A program made the translations under genes and the position numbers. A DNA stretch of 64,000 nt from Patescibacteria group bacterium (lineage in GTDB: Bacteria; Patescibacteriota; WWE3; UBA101185; UBA10185): NCBI GenBank assembly GCA_049322215.1, contig JBMORU010000001.1, forward strand, positions 1,046,143-1,110,142, given 5' to 3'. Positions 1-10,049 of this stretch are shown here, piece by piece. A model generated the notes under the pieces. It was given only the letters and a program-made list of their open reading frames with translations, had not been told where the DNA came from and searched no databases. Positions within the stretch are counted from its first letter, which is position 1. Each line of letters starts with the position of its first letter.

Positions 1-905
1 AAGAAAGGTCTTATAATTCTCCCGTGTTGAGTATAACCCTCTAGTATAGGCTTTAGCACATTTACAGGAATAGCAAACCCTATATTGTCAGCACCAAACG
101 TTGTTGCAACATTTATTCCTATAACTTGTCCAGATGAATTTAACAACGGACCTCCGGAATTGCCTGGGTTTAGAGCTGCATCTGTTTGTACGGCACCTTC
201 ATAAGTTGTCATACTACCTAGACCACCCGACGCTATTAGCTCTCTAGCAATACCTGAAACTACACCAGTTGTAACAGTATTTGAAAATCTACCTAAGGCG
301 TTTCCTATAGCAATTGCTTTTTGCCCAACTTTTATACTATCTGAATCACCTAAATCTACAGCAGGTAAACCACGTGCACTTACTTCTAAAATAGCCAAAT
401 CGGTAGGAGCATCTAAATGTACTGCCTCAACCTCATAAGTTGTACCGTCATTTAAAACTACAGAATATTCCCCTGTCGAATCTACTACGTGAGAATTAGT
501 TATTATAATTCCATTTTCACCAACAATAAAGCCTGTACCAATACCTCCTTCCGAAGAAGTAGGACGCGAAAAAGGATCAAAAAAGTCATATGTAACAGTT
601 TTAATTACAATAGATACAACTGATGGAGAAACTTTATCTACTACGTCAATAACCGACGATTCTTCTTCAACTACTTCCTGCGTCACAAAACTTGTAACAG
701 CGCTTTTATCTTTATTAAATAGACTTGTTAACGAAAACTTTATAGCATTTAACTGAGAAGCAACGTTAGAACCACTATAGTAAGATTTTGCATAAACTAT
801 TAAACCTAAAAAAAGAATAAGCCACAAAATACCACCTAGTGATTTTTTATTGATTTTGCTAAAAAATTTATTTTTTGTTTCTAATTGAGAGTTTATATTA
901 TCCAT
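1..905 (-). CDS. htrA: HtrA/DegP-family trypsin-like serine protease, runs off window start
   Basis: Hand translation from ATG at 905: N-terminal TM, then GTGFIV, TNSHVV, DLAIL and QTDAALNPGNSGGPL motifs; missing from ORF track because truncated. Confidence 0.92.
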   Translation of the reverse strand, partial: MDNINSQLETKNKFFSKINKKSLGGILWLILFLGLIVYAKSYYSGSNVASQLNAIKFSLTSLFNKDKSAVTSFVTQEVVEEESSVIDVVDKVSPSVVSIVIKTVTYDFFDPFSRPTSSEGGIGTGFIVGENGIIITNSHVVDSTGEYSVVLNDGTTYEVEAVHLDAPTDLAILEVSARGLPAVDLGDSDSIKVGQKAIAIGNALGRFSNTVTTGVVSGIARELIASGGLGSMTTYEGAVQTDAALNPGNSGGPLLNSSGQVIGINVATTFGADNIGFAIPVNVLKPILEGYTQHGRIIRPF

Positions 906-908
906 AAG

Positions 909-2129
909 CTAAAGACCGGATTTTGCCAATTCTACGGCTTTGTCTAATTGGCTGTCAATATCCTCATTAATTTCTTCAGGTGTACGCTCTACTTCAACGT
1001 CAGGCGTAATACCGGTACCGTGTATCCAAACTTTTTCAGGAGTTAGCCATTTTGCAATAGTCACATGTAAACCAGACCCATCTTCAAAATCTTTGGAATC
1101 TTGAATTGTACCTTTACCAAAACTTTGTTGACCAATTAGAGTAGCGCCTGCATGAGCTTTTAGTGCGGCAGCCACAATTTCTGAGGCAGAGGCACTTCCA
1201 CCGTCGATTAGTACATATACCGGCACATCTTCAAACACCCCTACCCTACCTGCATTAAAGGGTATGTGTTCACCGGTTGCAGTTTCTTCAAACAACACGG
1301 GTTCTCTGCTAAAAAATTCACCGGCAATATGAACTGCTGATTGTAAATACCCACCAGGATTACCACGAACATCTACTATTACTGCATTAAGCTCATCCAT
1401 TTCCACATTAACTGAAGATGCTGCCGCCGACCATTGATCATTGGTATCAGCCCCAAATGTGCTAATTCTAATGTAAGCGATGCCATCACCTAAGTCTTCC
1501 CATGTAACGCTGTCAACTTTTATATCACCACGTGTAATATCAACATCAAACGGTTCCGCAACTCCTTTACGCGCCAAAGTTAGCCTTATACTAGAACCAC
1601 TTTCTCCTCTTATTTTAGCTACTGCTTCTATTATTGTTATGCCTGTAGTGGAATCACCTTCAATAGCAACTATTGCGTCACCTGCTTTAACTCCTGCATC
1701 TTTTGCAGGGGAACCGTCTAGCGGAGCAACAACAATAAGTTGACTATCTCTTATAGCTAATTCAGCACCAATGCCTTGATAAGTTCCATTTAAAGAGTTT
1801 GTGACAGATTCATTAACTGTAGGAGGTAAAAAAGATGTGTAAGGGTCGCCTAGGGAAGAAACCATACCCTGAATGGCACCATAAAGCATTTTTTGAGGAT
1901 CAACAGGGCGCTCTAAATATCTAGAACCTACGGTATCCCAAACTTCCCAAAATAATGCAAAATCTACTGTTTGAGTAGATGGAAGTCTGTTAATTACTTC
2001 AACTTTTGGAGGATTTTTACGCACTTGAAAAACAAAACCACGTTGACCAACATAATAACCGCCATAAAACATGGTTACTGCAATTAAGAAAACTATTAAT
2101 GATCTTTGAAATTTTTCAAAGGCTGTCAT
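909..2129 (-). CDS. ctpA: S41 family carboxy-terminal processing protease with PDZ domain
   Basis: LGDPYT, DVRGNPGG, SASASEIVA and GQQSFGKG motifs; start placed at MTAFEKF (track start 2168). Confidence 0.93.
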   Translation of the reverse strand: MTAFEKFQRSLIVFLIAVTMFYGGYYVGQRGFVFQVRKNPPKVEVINRLPSTQTVDFALFWEVWDTVGSRYLERPVDPQKMLYGAIQGMVSSLGDPYTSFLPPTVNESVTNSLNGTYQGIGAELAIRDSQLIVVAPLDGSPAKDAGVKAGDAIVAIEGDSTTGITIIEAVAKIRGESGSSIRLTLARKGVAEPFDVDITRGDIKVDSVTWEDLGDGIAYIRISTFGADTNDQWSAAASSVNVEMDELNAVIVDVRGNPGGYLQSAVHIAGEFFSREPVLFEETATGEHIPFNAGRVGVFEDVPVYVLIDGGSASASEIVAAALKAHAGATLIGQQSFGKGTIQDSKDFEDGSGLHVTIAKWLTPEKVWIHGTGITPDVEVERTPEEINEDIDSQLDKAVELAKSGL

Positions 2130-3174
2130 ACGATTTTTCTTTACTTTGTAAATGAAGAAATTCCTCAAGATCGCTTTCGAAATCTAAAGAAATTAAATTT
2201 GGAAACGTAACTTCTATAACCTTCTCTGCGTCGTCAAGCTTAACATATATCTTTTCTTTTTGCACGTCCTCTATGGTTCCAACCCAGCCAAAATAAGGTT
2301 TTTCGAAGACCTGTACAATCATACCCTTTTTAGGCACTTTCAAAAAAGTACGCGGTTTGTTTTTTCGCACAAGGTTTACATCAAACTTTTGAGGAACAGG
2401 CACCCTGATAAGCTCACGTTCTCCCTGAACAAAAATAAATCTATTTGAAATATCTTTTAGGGCGTTAAAAATAAATGGGGGTGTTGGTATATTTCCATGC
2501 CCAGAAAATACTCCTAAAAATAAGTTGCTTTTCTTGGCTAAGTCAAAGCCATATTTATCGGCGCCTCCGGCCAAAACACCGCCAACTCCCATAGAAATAG
2601 CCTTTTTTAGTAAATTTATGCTTGCATAATTACCTGTATAAATTATTTTTCCAAACACATTCTTAGTAAATTTCTCAAGATATTGCATTTCAAGTATGGG
2701 AGAAGGATTTGGAAAAACTATTAATTCCCCCGCAAAACTGTTATCTGTGCAGGCTGCTAAATGTAAATCTAAAGTTTGAGTTTTAAGTAAAATAGATTTT
2801 TTATCTACAATACCCGCAACTTCTCCCCAAACACCAGAGAGTAACCAATAATCTCTTTGATCTTGACGGAAAACAAGTTTATCCTTTTCTGAAACTAGAT
2901 AGCCATCAAACGGGGCTATTAAATTACCTGAACTAGAAGTACCAATAACTTCACCATTATAAAAGTAGCTGCCAATATTTTTATCTTTTTTAAATTGAAG
3001 CCCGTTAGGAACTGGCATAACTCCGTATGAAATTTTAGTCATGCCCAATTTTGTAAAGGGCTCCACTGAAACACCTATTTTGGCTACAATATCTCCGCTG
3101 CTTGGCAAAGTACGCTCAATGTATATGTTGTTCGAATAAGCTGCTTTTCGTGCCACAAGCAAACGCAAACTCAT
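2116..3174 (-). CDS. Hypothetical protein resembling the partner of GlmL/MutL-like proteins, with C-terminal KOW-like motif
   Basis: 352-aa ORF overlapping both neighbours; ERTLPSSGDIV N-terminus, GVGGVLAGG, GMIVQVFEKPYFGWVGTI. Confidence 0.6.
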   Translation of the reverse strand: MSLRLLVARKAAYSNNIYIERTLPSSGDIVAKIGVSVEPFTKLGMTKISYGVMPVPNGLQFKKDKNIGSYFYNGEVIGTSSSGNLIAPFDGYLVSEKDKLVFRQDQRDYWLLSGVWGEVAGIVDKKSILLKTQTLDLHLAACTDNSFAGELIVFPNPSPILEMQYLEKFTKNVFGKIIYTGNYASINLLKKAISMGVGGVLAGGADKYGFDLAKKSNLFLGVFSGHGNIPTPPFIFNALKDISNRFIFVQGERELIRVPVPQKFDVNLVRKNKPRTFLKVPKKGMIVQVFEKPYFGWVGTIEDVQKEKIYVKLDDAEKVIEVTFPNLISLDFESDLEEFLHLQSKEKSYDSL

Positions 3175-4211
3175 AAGTCCCCCACCCTAGAGCTTATTAC
3201 ATGCTCAAACAAACGCAATTCCTTTTCCGAATAATTTTCAATAAATGAAGCGTAGCTTTGCTTCAAACGTGTATCAATCACAAATCCCAACTCACCGCCT
3301 ATAACAAAACGATCCAATGTTCCCATAACATCGCTTTTTATAAGTACTCGAGCTTGCGCACCAACCTCTAAGGGAAATAAAAACAGATCGTTAGACCCAA
3401 TATCAACAAGTTGTGATGTTCCTAATTCTGTTTCAAATAAACACTCAACCCCACCGGGAACATTCAATAAGGTTCCAAGAGGTTTGTAGTTCACGTCTTT
3501 TATGGAGTCAAATAAAGCACTGTTGTAAGAATTTAAAAGAGCAAGTGGAGCTACTCTGTTAGCTGCATCTAAATAAAGCTCAAAAAAGCCAGCATTAGAT
3601 ATTAAGTCCAACATAAGCAAATAGGCTAAATCCCAGCGTTCGGTTGCAGCATTAAATCTATCACCAGTAAAAACTACTGGAATCTCAGGGTCTAAAACTA
3701 AACCATTAAGCTGTGAGCGAGTAGCATTGTCAAAGTCCAGTTGTTCTGCACTATTAATGGGCTTAACAAATGGATATATTGTTAAGTTGGCTAAAAAATT
3801 CGCCTCCTCAGAACGAGCGATGTCTTCTCTTGAGTCATCAGAAGTATCAGGCAACAAACTTCGTTCAATAGGTACACCCGATTCAATAACTTTATGTCTA
3901 TCAACATAAACATACTTATAACCATTTATAGAATTTAACGCCTTATCTAAGGTAATGCAGTGACTGTTAGAAATGTCACAGTGATCTTCTGGGTAACTGC
4001 ATACAAGAATTTCTAAATCTTTAGATGGAAGCCTATGCGTTTTAACTGCATGCTGAAACACCTTGTCGTAAAAGCTATTTCTATCTAAATAATTTCCGTA
4101 AATATTTGAAGAATAAATATAAGGCATACCAAAAAATTTATAGTTTAATGGGGACGAAAAATACAAAAAAGATATTTCTGATGATCCTATATGAGCAGCT
4201 AATACGGGCAT
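3171..4211 (-). CDS. Divergent glutamate mutase L (GlmL/MutL)-like protein
   Basis: 346-aa ORF; N-terminal LAAHIGSSEI and C-terminal GGELGFVIDTR recall the GlmL family. Confidence 0.5.
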   Translation of the reverse strand: MPVLAAHIGSSEISFLYFSSPLNYKFFGMPYIYSSNIYGNYLDRNSFYDKVFQHAVKTHRLPSKDLEILVCSYPEDHCDISNSHCITLDKALNSINGYKYVYVDRHKVIESGVPIERSLLPDTSDDSREDIARSEEANFLANLTIYPFVKPINSAEQLDFDNATRSQLNGLVLDPEIPVVFTGDRFNAATERWDLAYLLMLDLISNAGFFELYLDAANRVAPLALLNSYNSALFDSIKDVNYKPLGTLLNVPGGVECLFETELGTSQLVDIGSNDLFLFPLEVGAQARVLIKSDVMGTLDRFVIGGELGFVIDTRLKQSYASFIENYSEKELRLFEHVISSRVGDL

Positions 4212-4250
4212 AAATAAATGATAACATCCTTAAATTTTATGTGAAACAAC

Positions 4251-4280
4251 AAAAAAACCCGTGGACATGCCACGGGTTAG
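4251..4280 (-). terminator. Intrinsic terminator of rpsF-ssb-rpsR
   Basis: AACCCGTGG-acatg-CCACGGGTT stem next to an A-tract on + (U-tract on -). Confidence 0.8.
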
Positions 4281-4300
4281 TTTTTCTTATAAACACTATA

Positions 4301-4546
4301 TTATATTGCGTGATGATCTGTATAAGGCAACAAGGCCATAAACCTTGATTTTTTTACTTCCCTTGATAAAGATCTTTGATGTTTACTGCAAACACCAGAA
4401 CGACTTGCAGGAATAAGCTTTCCTCTATCCGAGATAAATCTTCTTAAGACCAACACTTCTTTATAGTTTGGTTCAGTGTCATTGCTTGAAAAATAACAAG
4501 CTGTATCAGTTAGTTGTTTCTTTTTGTTTTTTGTTTTTTTTGCCAT
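4301..4546 (-). CDS. rpsR: 30S ribosomal protein S18
   Basis: YKEVLVLRRFISDRGKLIPASRSG and RFMALLPY; operon context. Confidence 0.96.
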   Translation of the reverse strand: MAKKTKNKKKQLTDTACYFSSNDTEPNYKEVLVLRRFISDRGKLIPASRSGVCSKHQRSLSREVKKSRFMALLPYTDHHAI

Positions 4547-4569
4547 AAATACTTGTTTAACCTTTATTA

Positions 4570-5013
4570 TTAATCTTCAGCGTTTAAGAAATCCTCTATA
4601 TCACCTAAATCATCCTCTTGTGCATCCGAAGGGCTTGCATGTGAATCAGATACTGGGTGAGAATCACCATCTTCATCATCTTTTCTACTGGACAAAACAA
4701 TCATTTCTTCAATTACAACTTCTGTTTTGTATCTTTTTTCACCTGAGTCATTTACCCAATCACGCGTTTGTAATCTTCCTTCAACATAAACTTTAGTACC
4801 CTTGGTTAATAGTTGAGAGCAAAGTTCTGCTAATTTGTTCCAAGCCACAATATTGTGAAATTCTGTAGATTCTTTCTTTTCACCTTCTGATTTCCACTCT
4901 CTGTTAGTTGCAACACCAAAGCCTACAACGGCATGACCTTGAGGTGTGTATCTTAGTTCAGGATCTCTAGTTAGATTTCCAACTAAAATTACTTTGTTTA
5001 CGCTTCTTGCCAT
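4570..5013 (-). CDS. ssb: Single-stranded DNA-binding protein
   Basis: NKVILVGNLTRDPELRYT and VYVEGRLQTR; acidic tail. Confidence 0.97.
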   Translation of the reverse strand: MARSVNKVILVGNLTRDPELRYTPQGHAVVGFGVATNREWKSEGEKKESTEFHNIVAWNKLAELCSQLLTKGTKVYVEGRLQTRDWVNDSGEKRYKTEVVIEEMIVLSSRKDDEDGDSHPVSDSHASPSDAQEDDLGDIEDFLNAED

Positions 5014-5035
5014 AGGACCTCCCTACAACCGTGAT

Positions 5036-5317
5036 TTAAACGGTACTAATTAAATATCTTACTAAACCTTCTAAGAGGTTTAACTTTTGTTTGAATATTG
5101 CCACCGATTCAGGAGCCATTTCAAAAGTTATAACTTCGTAATAGCCCTCTGACTCGTGATCAATTTCATAGGCGAATTTTCTTTTACCCCAAACATCGCT
5201 GTTCAAAACAGTACCTTTATTACTACTGATTAAATCCTTAACAGCATTTGATAGTTTAGTAGTATTTTTTTCACCTAAACTGATATGTGCAATTGTCATT
5301 ATCTCGTACTTCTTCAT
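5036..5317 (-). CDS. rpsF: 30S ribosomal protein S6
   Basis: MKKYEIMTI and WGKRKFAYEI; start moved to 5317 after AAAGGT SD. Confidence 0.94.
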   Translation of the reverse strand: MKKYEIMTIAHISLGEKNTTKLSNAVKDLISSNKGTVLNSDVWGKRKFAYEIDHESEGYYEVITFEMAPESVAIFKQKLNLLEGLVRYLISTV

Positions 5318-5445
5318 ATACCTTTTATTATACAAATTTAATTAACGTAAGCTACACCGAAAGTTCTAGTAATATTAGAACCATAAGATATTTAATATAG
5401 CGTGCAGAATAATACATGAGTACTATAAGTAATGCAAGGCTATAG

Positions 5446-6606
5446 TTATACGCTAAACCTAAACTCAACAACATCACCCTCTTGCATTACATAGTCTTTA
5501 CCTTCTATTCTAATTAGACCTTTCTCCTTGGCAACTTTAAAACTTCCACATGACTTTAGTGCTTCAAATGAGACTATTTCAGCAGATATAAACCCACGCT
5601 CAAAGTCAGAATGAATAACACCCGCCGCCTTTGGTGCGGTATCTCCCGATTTAACTGTCCAGGCACGCACTTCTTTAGGCCCTGCAGTTAAATATGTTTG
5701 TAAACCCAAAATATTATAACCACGTTTTATTATTTTATCTAAACCGCTAACTTTTAAACCTAACTCATTCATGTATTCTAAACGCTCCCCATCAGACAAT
5801 TGCACTAGCTCTTCTTCTAACTTTGCGCACAAATACACAACATTAGAATCAAAATTGAACAAACTCTTTTTTTCTTCGCTTAAATTTTGAGTAAGTTCAC
5901 TAATCAGTTCTTCTTTATTTGTCATGCTCATAGTTTCCTCATCTATATTAAAAGCATATATAACAGGTTTTTGTGTAAGTAAGTTTAGATCTTTTATAAG
6001 TTTTACTTCGTTTTCAGTTAGCGCCACTGTGCTAGCAAAACAGCCCTTATTTAATGCAACCTCTAGCTTTTCATATATTTCTAACTGCTTATAGGCCTCT
6101 TTAGAATTCATTTTCTTTGCTAGCTGCTGCGCTTTACTTATTCTTCCTTCTAAAGATTGTAAATCTGCAAGTATTAATTCGGTGTTTATTACTTCAATAT
6201 CAGATATAGGATCAGTAGAATCTGCTCTGATAACATTCTCATCTGCAAAAGCCCTAACTACATGAACAAGCGCATTCACATCTCTAATATGACTTAAAAA
6301 CTGATTGCCTAAGCCTTCACCTTTATGCGCACCTTTTACAAGTCCTGCAATGTCATAAAAAGTCACAGTAGCAGGAATTATTTTTTCGGGTATTTCCCTA
6401 TCCCCTACTTTGGCGCCAAAATCGTGCTTAATAATTTCAGCTAAATCTAAAAGTCTGCTATCAGGTACATCTACAATACCCATGTTTGGTTCTATTGTTG
6501 CAAAGGGATAATTAGCTGCTAACGCAGCTTGCCTTTTTAATAAAGCGTTAAATAATGTAGATTTTCCTACGTTGGGTAATCCAACAATTCCTATTGATAG
6601 TGCCAT
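5446..6606 (-). CDS. ychF: Obg-family ATPase YchF
   Basis: GIVGLPNVGKSTLFN, ANYPFATIEPN, AGVIHSDFERGFI. Confidence 0.98.
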   Translation of the reverse strand: MALSIGIVGLPNVGKSTLFNALLKRQAALAANYPFATIEPNMGIVDVPDSRLLDLAEIIKHDFGAKVGDREIPEKIIPATVTFYDIAGLVKGAHKGEGLGNQFLSHIRDVNALVHVVRAFADENVIRADSTDPISDIEVINTELILADLQSLEGRISKAQQLAKKMNSKEAYKQLEIYEKLEVALNKGCFASTVALTENEVKLIKDLNLLTQKPVIYAFNIDEETMSMTNKEELISELTQNLSEEKKSLFNFDSNVVYLCAKLEEELVQLSDGERLEYMNELGLKVSGLDKIIKRGYNILGLQTYLTAGPKEVRAWTVKSGDTAPKAAGVIHSDFERGFISAEIVSFEALKSCGSFKVAKEKGLIRIEGKDYVMQEGDVVEFRFSV

Positions 6607-6685
6607 AAACGGGATTATAGCTTAATAAATTACATTAGCAAAACATATACTTTTTCACCTATACTATGTACTGTAATATTTAAGT

Positions 6686-7405
6686 ATGGCAGAAGCAGTT
6701 TTAGAAATTGAACCCTCGTTTTATGAAAAAATGGACCCAGAAAAGGTACCTGAAATACCTAGATATGTAGATGAAGCGGCAGAGGTTTTTGCAGAACTTT
6801 TAGGCAATGGAACACCTGAGTTTAAACAAGCTCTGCAACAAGAAACTGTAAACTCTATTATTGGTATACATAAAAGTGCCCTTGAGCGAGAAGAAAAAGC
6901 AAAGTTAATTAGGGCTACGCTTAGGGTCTCTTTACCTCTTTTCATAGGAGAAAATAACAAAAGAAATGAAGCAGGAATTTTTGGTGAAGTTTCTACACAT
7001 TTAGCTTTAGAACAACTACAATTCGGTGTACAAGATCCATCTGAAGAAGACGATTTATGGGGAATTGACATGTGGGTAGATTCAAAAGGTGGAACACCCC
7101 CCTGGGCTGTACAAGTAAAAACCAACGCCAAACTTGAAGAACCCGTGGTGCATAGATTAATGACCACGCCCGGAGGAAATCTTGCAAATTCAGATTTACC
7201 TTACTCTTATCACACAAGTGCACAAAACATGCTAGACAGAATTACTAACTTAAACATAGATGCACCCGCACTTTTAATTGAAATACCAGGAGGAGACAAT
7301 ACAGAATATGGAACATACAATTCTATAACAGGTGCGCCTTCCGACCGCTATGTGAACGACCTATATGATAAAATAGAAAGCGTAATGTTCACGGAGGAAT
7401 ATTGA
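6686..7405 (+). CDS. Hypothetical protein with PD-(D/E)XK nuclease-like motif
   Basis: GIFGE...DDLWGIDMWV...AVQVK pattern. Confidence 0.55.
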   Translation: MAEAVLEIEPSFYEKMDPEKVPEIPRYVDEAAEVFAELLGNGTPEFKQALQQETVNSIIGIHKSALEREEKAKLIRATLRVSLPLFIGENNKRNEAGIFGEVSTHLALEQLQFGVQDPSEEDDLWGIDMWVDSKGGTPPWAVQVKTNAKLEEPVVHRLMTTPGGNLANSDLPYSYHTSAQNMLDRITNLNIDAPALLIEIPGGDNTEYGTYNSITGAPSDRYVNDLYDKIESVMFTEEY

Positions 7406-7596
7406 TGAATACAGTGAATTGTGCCCAAACTCAGGCAATACTAAAAAAAATTGTGGAAAATCCCAAAATAGCTACAGAAAGTGAAAAAGCAAAAGCTGTT
7501 GTACACACAGCAACTTGTGAAGAATGTGCAACTTATTTACTTGCAATCACAAAACAAAATGATCCCACTAAGATTTCCACTATTCTGGGATATTAA
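7405..7596 (+). CDS. Small protein with zf-HC2 (anti-sigma-type) zinc motif
   Basis: NCAQTQ...HTATCEEC; start overlaps upstream stop. Confidence 0.55.
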   Translation: MNTVNCAQTQAILKKIVENPKIATESEKAKAVVHTATCEECATYLLAITKQNDPTKISTILGY

Positions 7597-7600
7597 AAAA

Positions 7601-7650
7601 TAAAGGAAGGTGTAAACATTTATTCAGAAAAATGCTTACCCTTCCTATTT
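7601..7650. terminator. Long imperfect hairpin between convergent genes
   Basis: AGGAAGG-TGTAAACATTT / AAATGCTTAC-CCTTCCT with A-tract on the left. Confidence 0.65.
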
Positions 7651-7663
7651 ACATGATTATTTA

Positions 7664-7990
7664 TTACGAGGTTTTGCTATGCTTCTTTTTGAGTAAGTTT
7701 GCAGGCACCTGTAAAAATGTAACCCCATACTGCTTACCCTTTTGACGTGGCCGCATGCAATGAGCGTTGTTACAAATAAACCCACGCCGTGCCATATGAA
7801 CATCGTTATGACCGTTAAAGTTTTGACCGGTCATTTGCTTAAACATAACCGCAACACCCCTCGCTTCATGATTAGCATCCACACGGTGGTGTCTAAAAGC
7901 GGCTCCGCAAGAACACCACTTAAGCGTGTTTCGCGGTGGAACATCGTGATCTTTTGAACAAAACAAACAAGTAACTCGTAAATTAGACAT
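7664..7990 (-). CDS. Small Cys/His-rich orphan protein
   Basis: CLFC..H, CSC, C...HC; AAGGAG SD and upstream TATAAT promoter. Confidence 0.7.
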   Translation of the reverse strand: MSNLRVTCLFCSKDHDVPPRNTLKWCSCGAAFRHHRVDANHEARGVAVMFKQMTGQNFNGHNDVHMARRGFICNNAHCMRPRQKGKQYGVTFLQVPANLLKKKHSKTS

Positions 7991-8095
7991 ACGTCTACTC
8001 CTTTTTTATATTTGAAAGTATTGGGGCATGATTATACCCCATAGCTACAGCAACCTCAATTACCTCTCCAGTCTAAATATGCTACCATTATTACA

Positions 8096-10045
8096 ATGCC
8101 TAAGAGAATTCTATTGATGACAATTCTATTTGTTTCTTCACTAACTTTTCACAACAAAATAGCATGGGCCCAAGATATCACTCCCCCAATTACTACAGTA
8201 ACTCAAACACCTAGTACTCCTGATGGAGATAATGGTTGGTATGTAAGTCCAATTTTGTTTGAACTTGAAGCAACCGACATAGAAAGTGGCGTAAGCCAAA
8301 TTTGGTATCGTATAGATTCGGGAACATGGAACACAGTGTCGTTTTCTGACACACTAAATTTAATTCAAAATCCATCTTTTGAAACAGCCGGCGCAACTAC
8401 AAGTGGTTTAGAAAACTGGGAAGCTACTGTAGTAGATCCCGAGGGTACTTACTCGCAAAGCACAACAAACTATGCACCTAATTTTTCTACCGCTTCTGCT
8501 CAAATTATTTCTACAGGCGGGTTATGGCACGGAATTAATAACTACAATGATTTTGCAGTTACATCTGCTTACCAAAATATGTCGGCAACTGCCTGGATCA
8601 AAACTAACAATGCAACCGGGGGTGCTTCATTTAAAATATATGGAATAGCCCCAAATGGGTTAGGTGGTGAAACAATTCAGCAAATTGCACAAAGTAGTAT
8701 TATTACAGGTACTACGGACTGGACGCGAGTTAGCTTAAACTTTACGGTTACACTTGCAGACGCTACTGGAGTTTATATAGATTTAGGAATAGAAGGACCC
8801 GGAACTGTATGGTTTGACGCAATTACATTAGACTCTTCTACAAGTGCAGCAAGCACATCTTTTACAGTAGCATCCGATAGTGAAAATCATAGAGTAGAAT
8901 TTTATTCAGTAGATCAGGCCGGAAATACCGAAACGTACTTGTGCCCTTCAGTTAACTGCATCAATTTCAAGTTGGACTCCACATCTCCTGGAAACTGGAA
9001 CGGATCTGGTGCAACTAGAGGTTTATTTGGCCCTAGCCACGAGTTGTATGTATACACAAACGTAGAAGATGCAACATCAGGATTATCAGTATTCACAGAT
9101 AAATACCAATATAAAACAGACAATAATGTAACCTTTGGCAGATATTCTAATATTTTAAACTGCGGTAGTACTTGGCAACCTGGAAATTGGGTTATATTAA
9201 TTACACCCCCCTTTTCCCCTGGAACGAATTCAGCATTTTTACTTACCCCAAAAACTGATTTTTGTAATAGTAACTGGAAAATTTGTAAAACAGTAAGATT
9301 TTATGCCGAAGACTTAGCAGGAAATACGGCAGCAAAAGATTTTTGTTTAAATGGACCTTGGATAAGATTGCGTGGAGAGGCCGCTGTTAGATCTAACTCT
9401 TACATTGACATGTTGGCAGAAGCAAACGGTGACAATACAGATGGCTTACTAGAAGTGGTGCAAACAAACATAGACTTTTTTACATCGTCTAAAAACTGGG
9501 AAGTTACAAATACTGAAACATTTACAGAGTGGAATTATAGTGATTTTTGGGATGCAGTAACAACAAATAAAACTGAAATAACTGGCAGCTTGGTTGCCAA
9601 TACAGGAGTTTATTATGTTAATGGCGACTATGAAATAAAAAATAGCGCGGTGCCTAATAATTTTGATTCAAATACTTTCGACCAAATATTGTTTGTAGAC
9701 GGTAACTTAACTGTTACAGCAGACATTGATATTGCTGATGAAAGTACGTTTTTAATAATAACAAGCGGAGACGTGCAAATAAATAAAAATGTAAGCCTCA
9801 TAGATGCTGCAATTATGACTGATGGAGACATGTACACCGCATTTGACGTTACCGAAGGAGAAGCATTAGGAGCTTTAGCATTTCAGGGATTATATAAAGC
9901 TGACGAGTTCTTTTTTCAGAGAACATTGCAAGGAACCAATAATCAAGACGATCCATCAGAGGATTTTATATTTGAACCAAAATATTTAGTTCAGCAAAAG
10001 CAATTTTTCGGAGAATTTGGAATTCAATGGGAAAGGGTTGAATAA
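8096..10045 (+). CDS. Secreted multi-domain beta-rich protein (Ig-like plus carbohydrate-binding-like domains)
   Basis: Signal peptide, DITPP..T, NLIQNPSFE, VWFDAITL, YSVDQAGNTE. Confidence 0.75.
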   Translation: MPKRILLMTILFVSSLTFHNKIAWAQDITPPITTVTQTPSTPDGDNGWYVSPILFELEATDIESGVSQIWYRIDSGTWNTVSFSDTLNLIQNPSFETAGATTSGLENWEATVVDPEGTYSQSTTNYAPNFSTASAQIISTGGLWHGINNYNDFAVTSAYQNMSATAWIKTNNATGGASFKIYGIAPNGLGGETIQQIAQSSIITGTTDWTRVSLNFTVTLADATGVYIDLGIEGPGTVWFDAITLDSSTSAASTSFTVASDSENHRVEFYSVDQAGNTETYLCPSVNCINFKLDSTSPGNWNGSGATRGLFGPSHELYVYTNVEDATSGLSVFTDKYQYKTDNNVTFGRYSNILNCGSTWQPGNWVILITPPFSPGTNSAFLLTPKTDFCNSNWKICKTVRFYAEDLAGNTAAKDFCLNGPWIRLRGEAAVRSNSYIDMLAEANGDNTDGLLEVVQTNIDFFTSSKNWEVTNTETFTEWNYSDFWDAVTTNKTEITGSLVANTGVYYVNGDYEIKNSAVPNNFDSNTFDQILFVDGNLTVTADIDIADESTFLIITSGDVQINKNVSLIDAAIMTDGDMYTAFDVTEGEALGALAFQGLYKADEFFFQRTLQGTNNQDDPSEDFIFEPKYLVQQKQFFGEFGIQWERVE

Positions 10046-10049
10046 GTTA

